7,971 nucleotides of DNA from positions 1-7,971 of the forward strand of contig NW_021828560.1 of the NCBI RefSeq assembly GCF_006345805.1, written 5' to 3'. Position numbers and translations under genes: made by a program. Positions 7,918-7,971 of the stretch are shown one piece after another; position 1 is the stretch's first letter; each line of letters opens with the position of its first letter. The notes beneath the pieces were generated by a model that saw only the letters and a program-made list of their open reading frames with translations, did no database searches and had not been told where the DNA came from. Source of the DNA: Octopus sinensis. Its lineage: Eukaryota.

Positions 7918-7971
7918 CGCAGGAGTGGCTGTGTGGTAAGTAGCTTGCTAACCAACCACATGGTTCCGGGT
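7918..7971 (+). mobile_element. 5' head of a second tRNA-derived octopus SINE family, cut by the window end
   Basis: CGCAGGAGTGGCTGTGTGGTAAGTAGCTTGCTAACCAACCACATGGTTCCGGGT. A-box-like TGGCTGTGTGG at 7926-7936; the final GGGT is where a GGTTC B box would begin. Matches my recollection of a high-copy Octopus SINE head. Confidence 0.85.

Overview
Eukaryotic, AT-rich, non-coding DNA saturated with simple repeats ((TA)n, (CA/TG)n, (CT)n, (TCTA)n, (ATT)n). It carries tRNA-derived SINEs that I recognise from memory as the abundant Octopus families, so the window is most likely intronic or intergenic octopod (coleoid cephalopod) DNA; that assignment is an inference. No supportable protein-coding gene is present, and nearly all listed ORFs are translations of microsatellites. 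Real structure: a head-to-tail array of four related SINE units (4871-5580) bracketed by (ATT)n, a second SINE family cut by the window end (7918-7971), a probable SINE/LINE 3'-tail remnant (371-425), three minisatellites, and two islands of complex sequence (about 1961-2175 and 3040-3560) with + strand splice-site-like motifs. The best leads are a candidate recursive splice site at 3097/3098 and a SINE-internal hairpin that keeps its pairing across diverged copies. I found no convincing novel multi-gene system.
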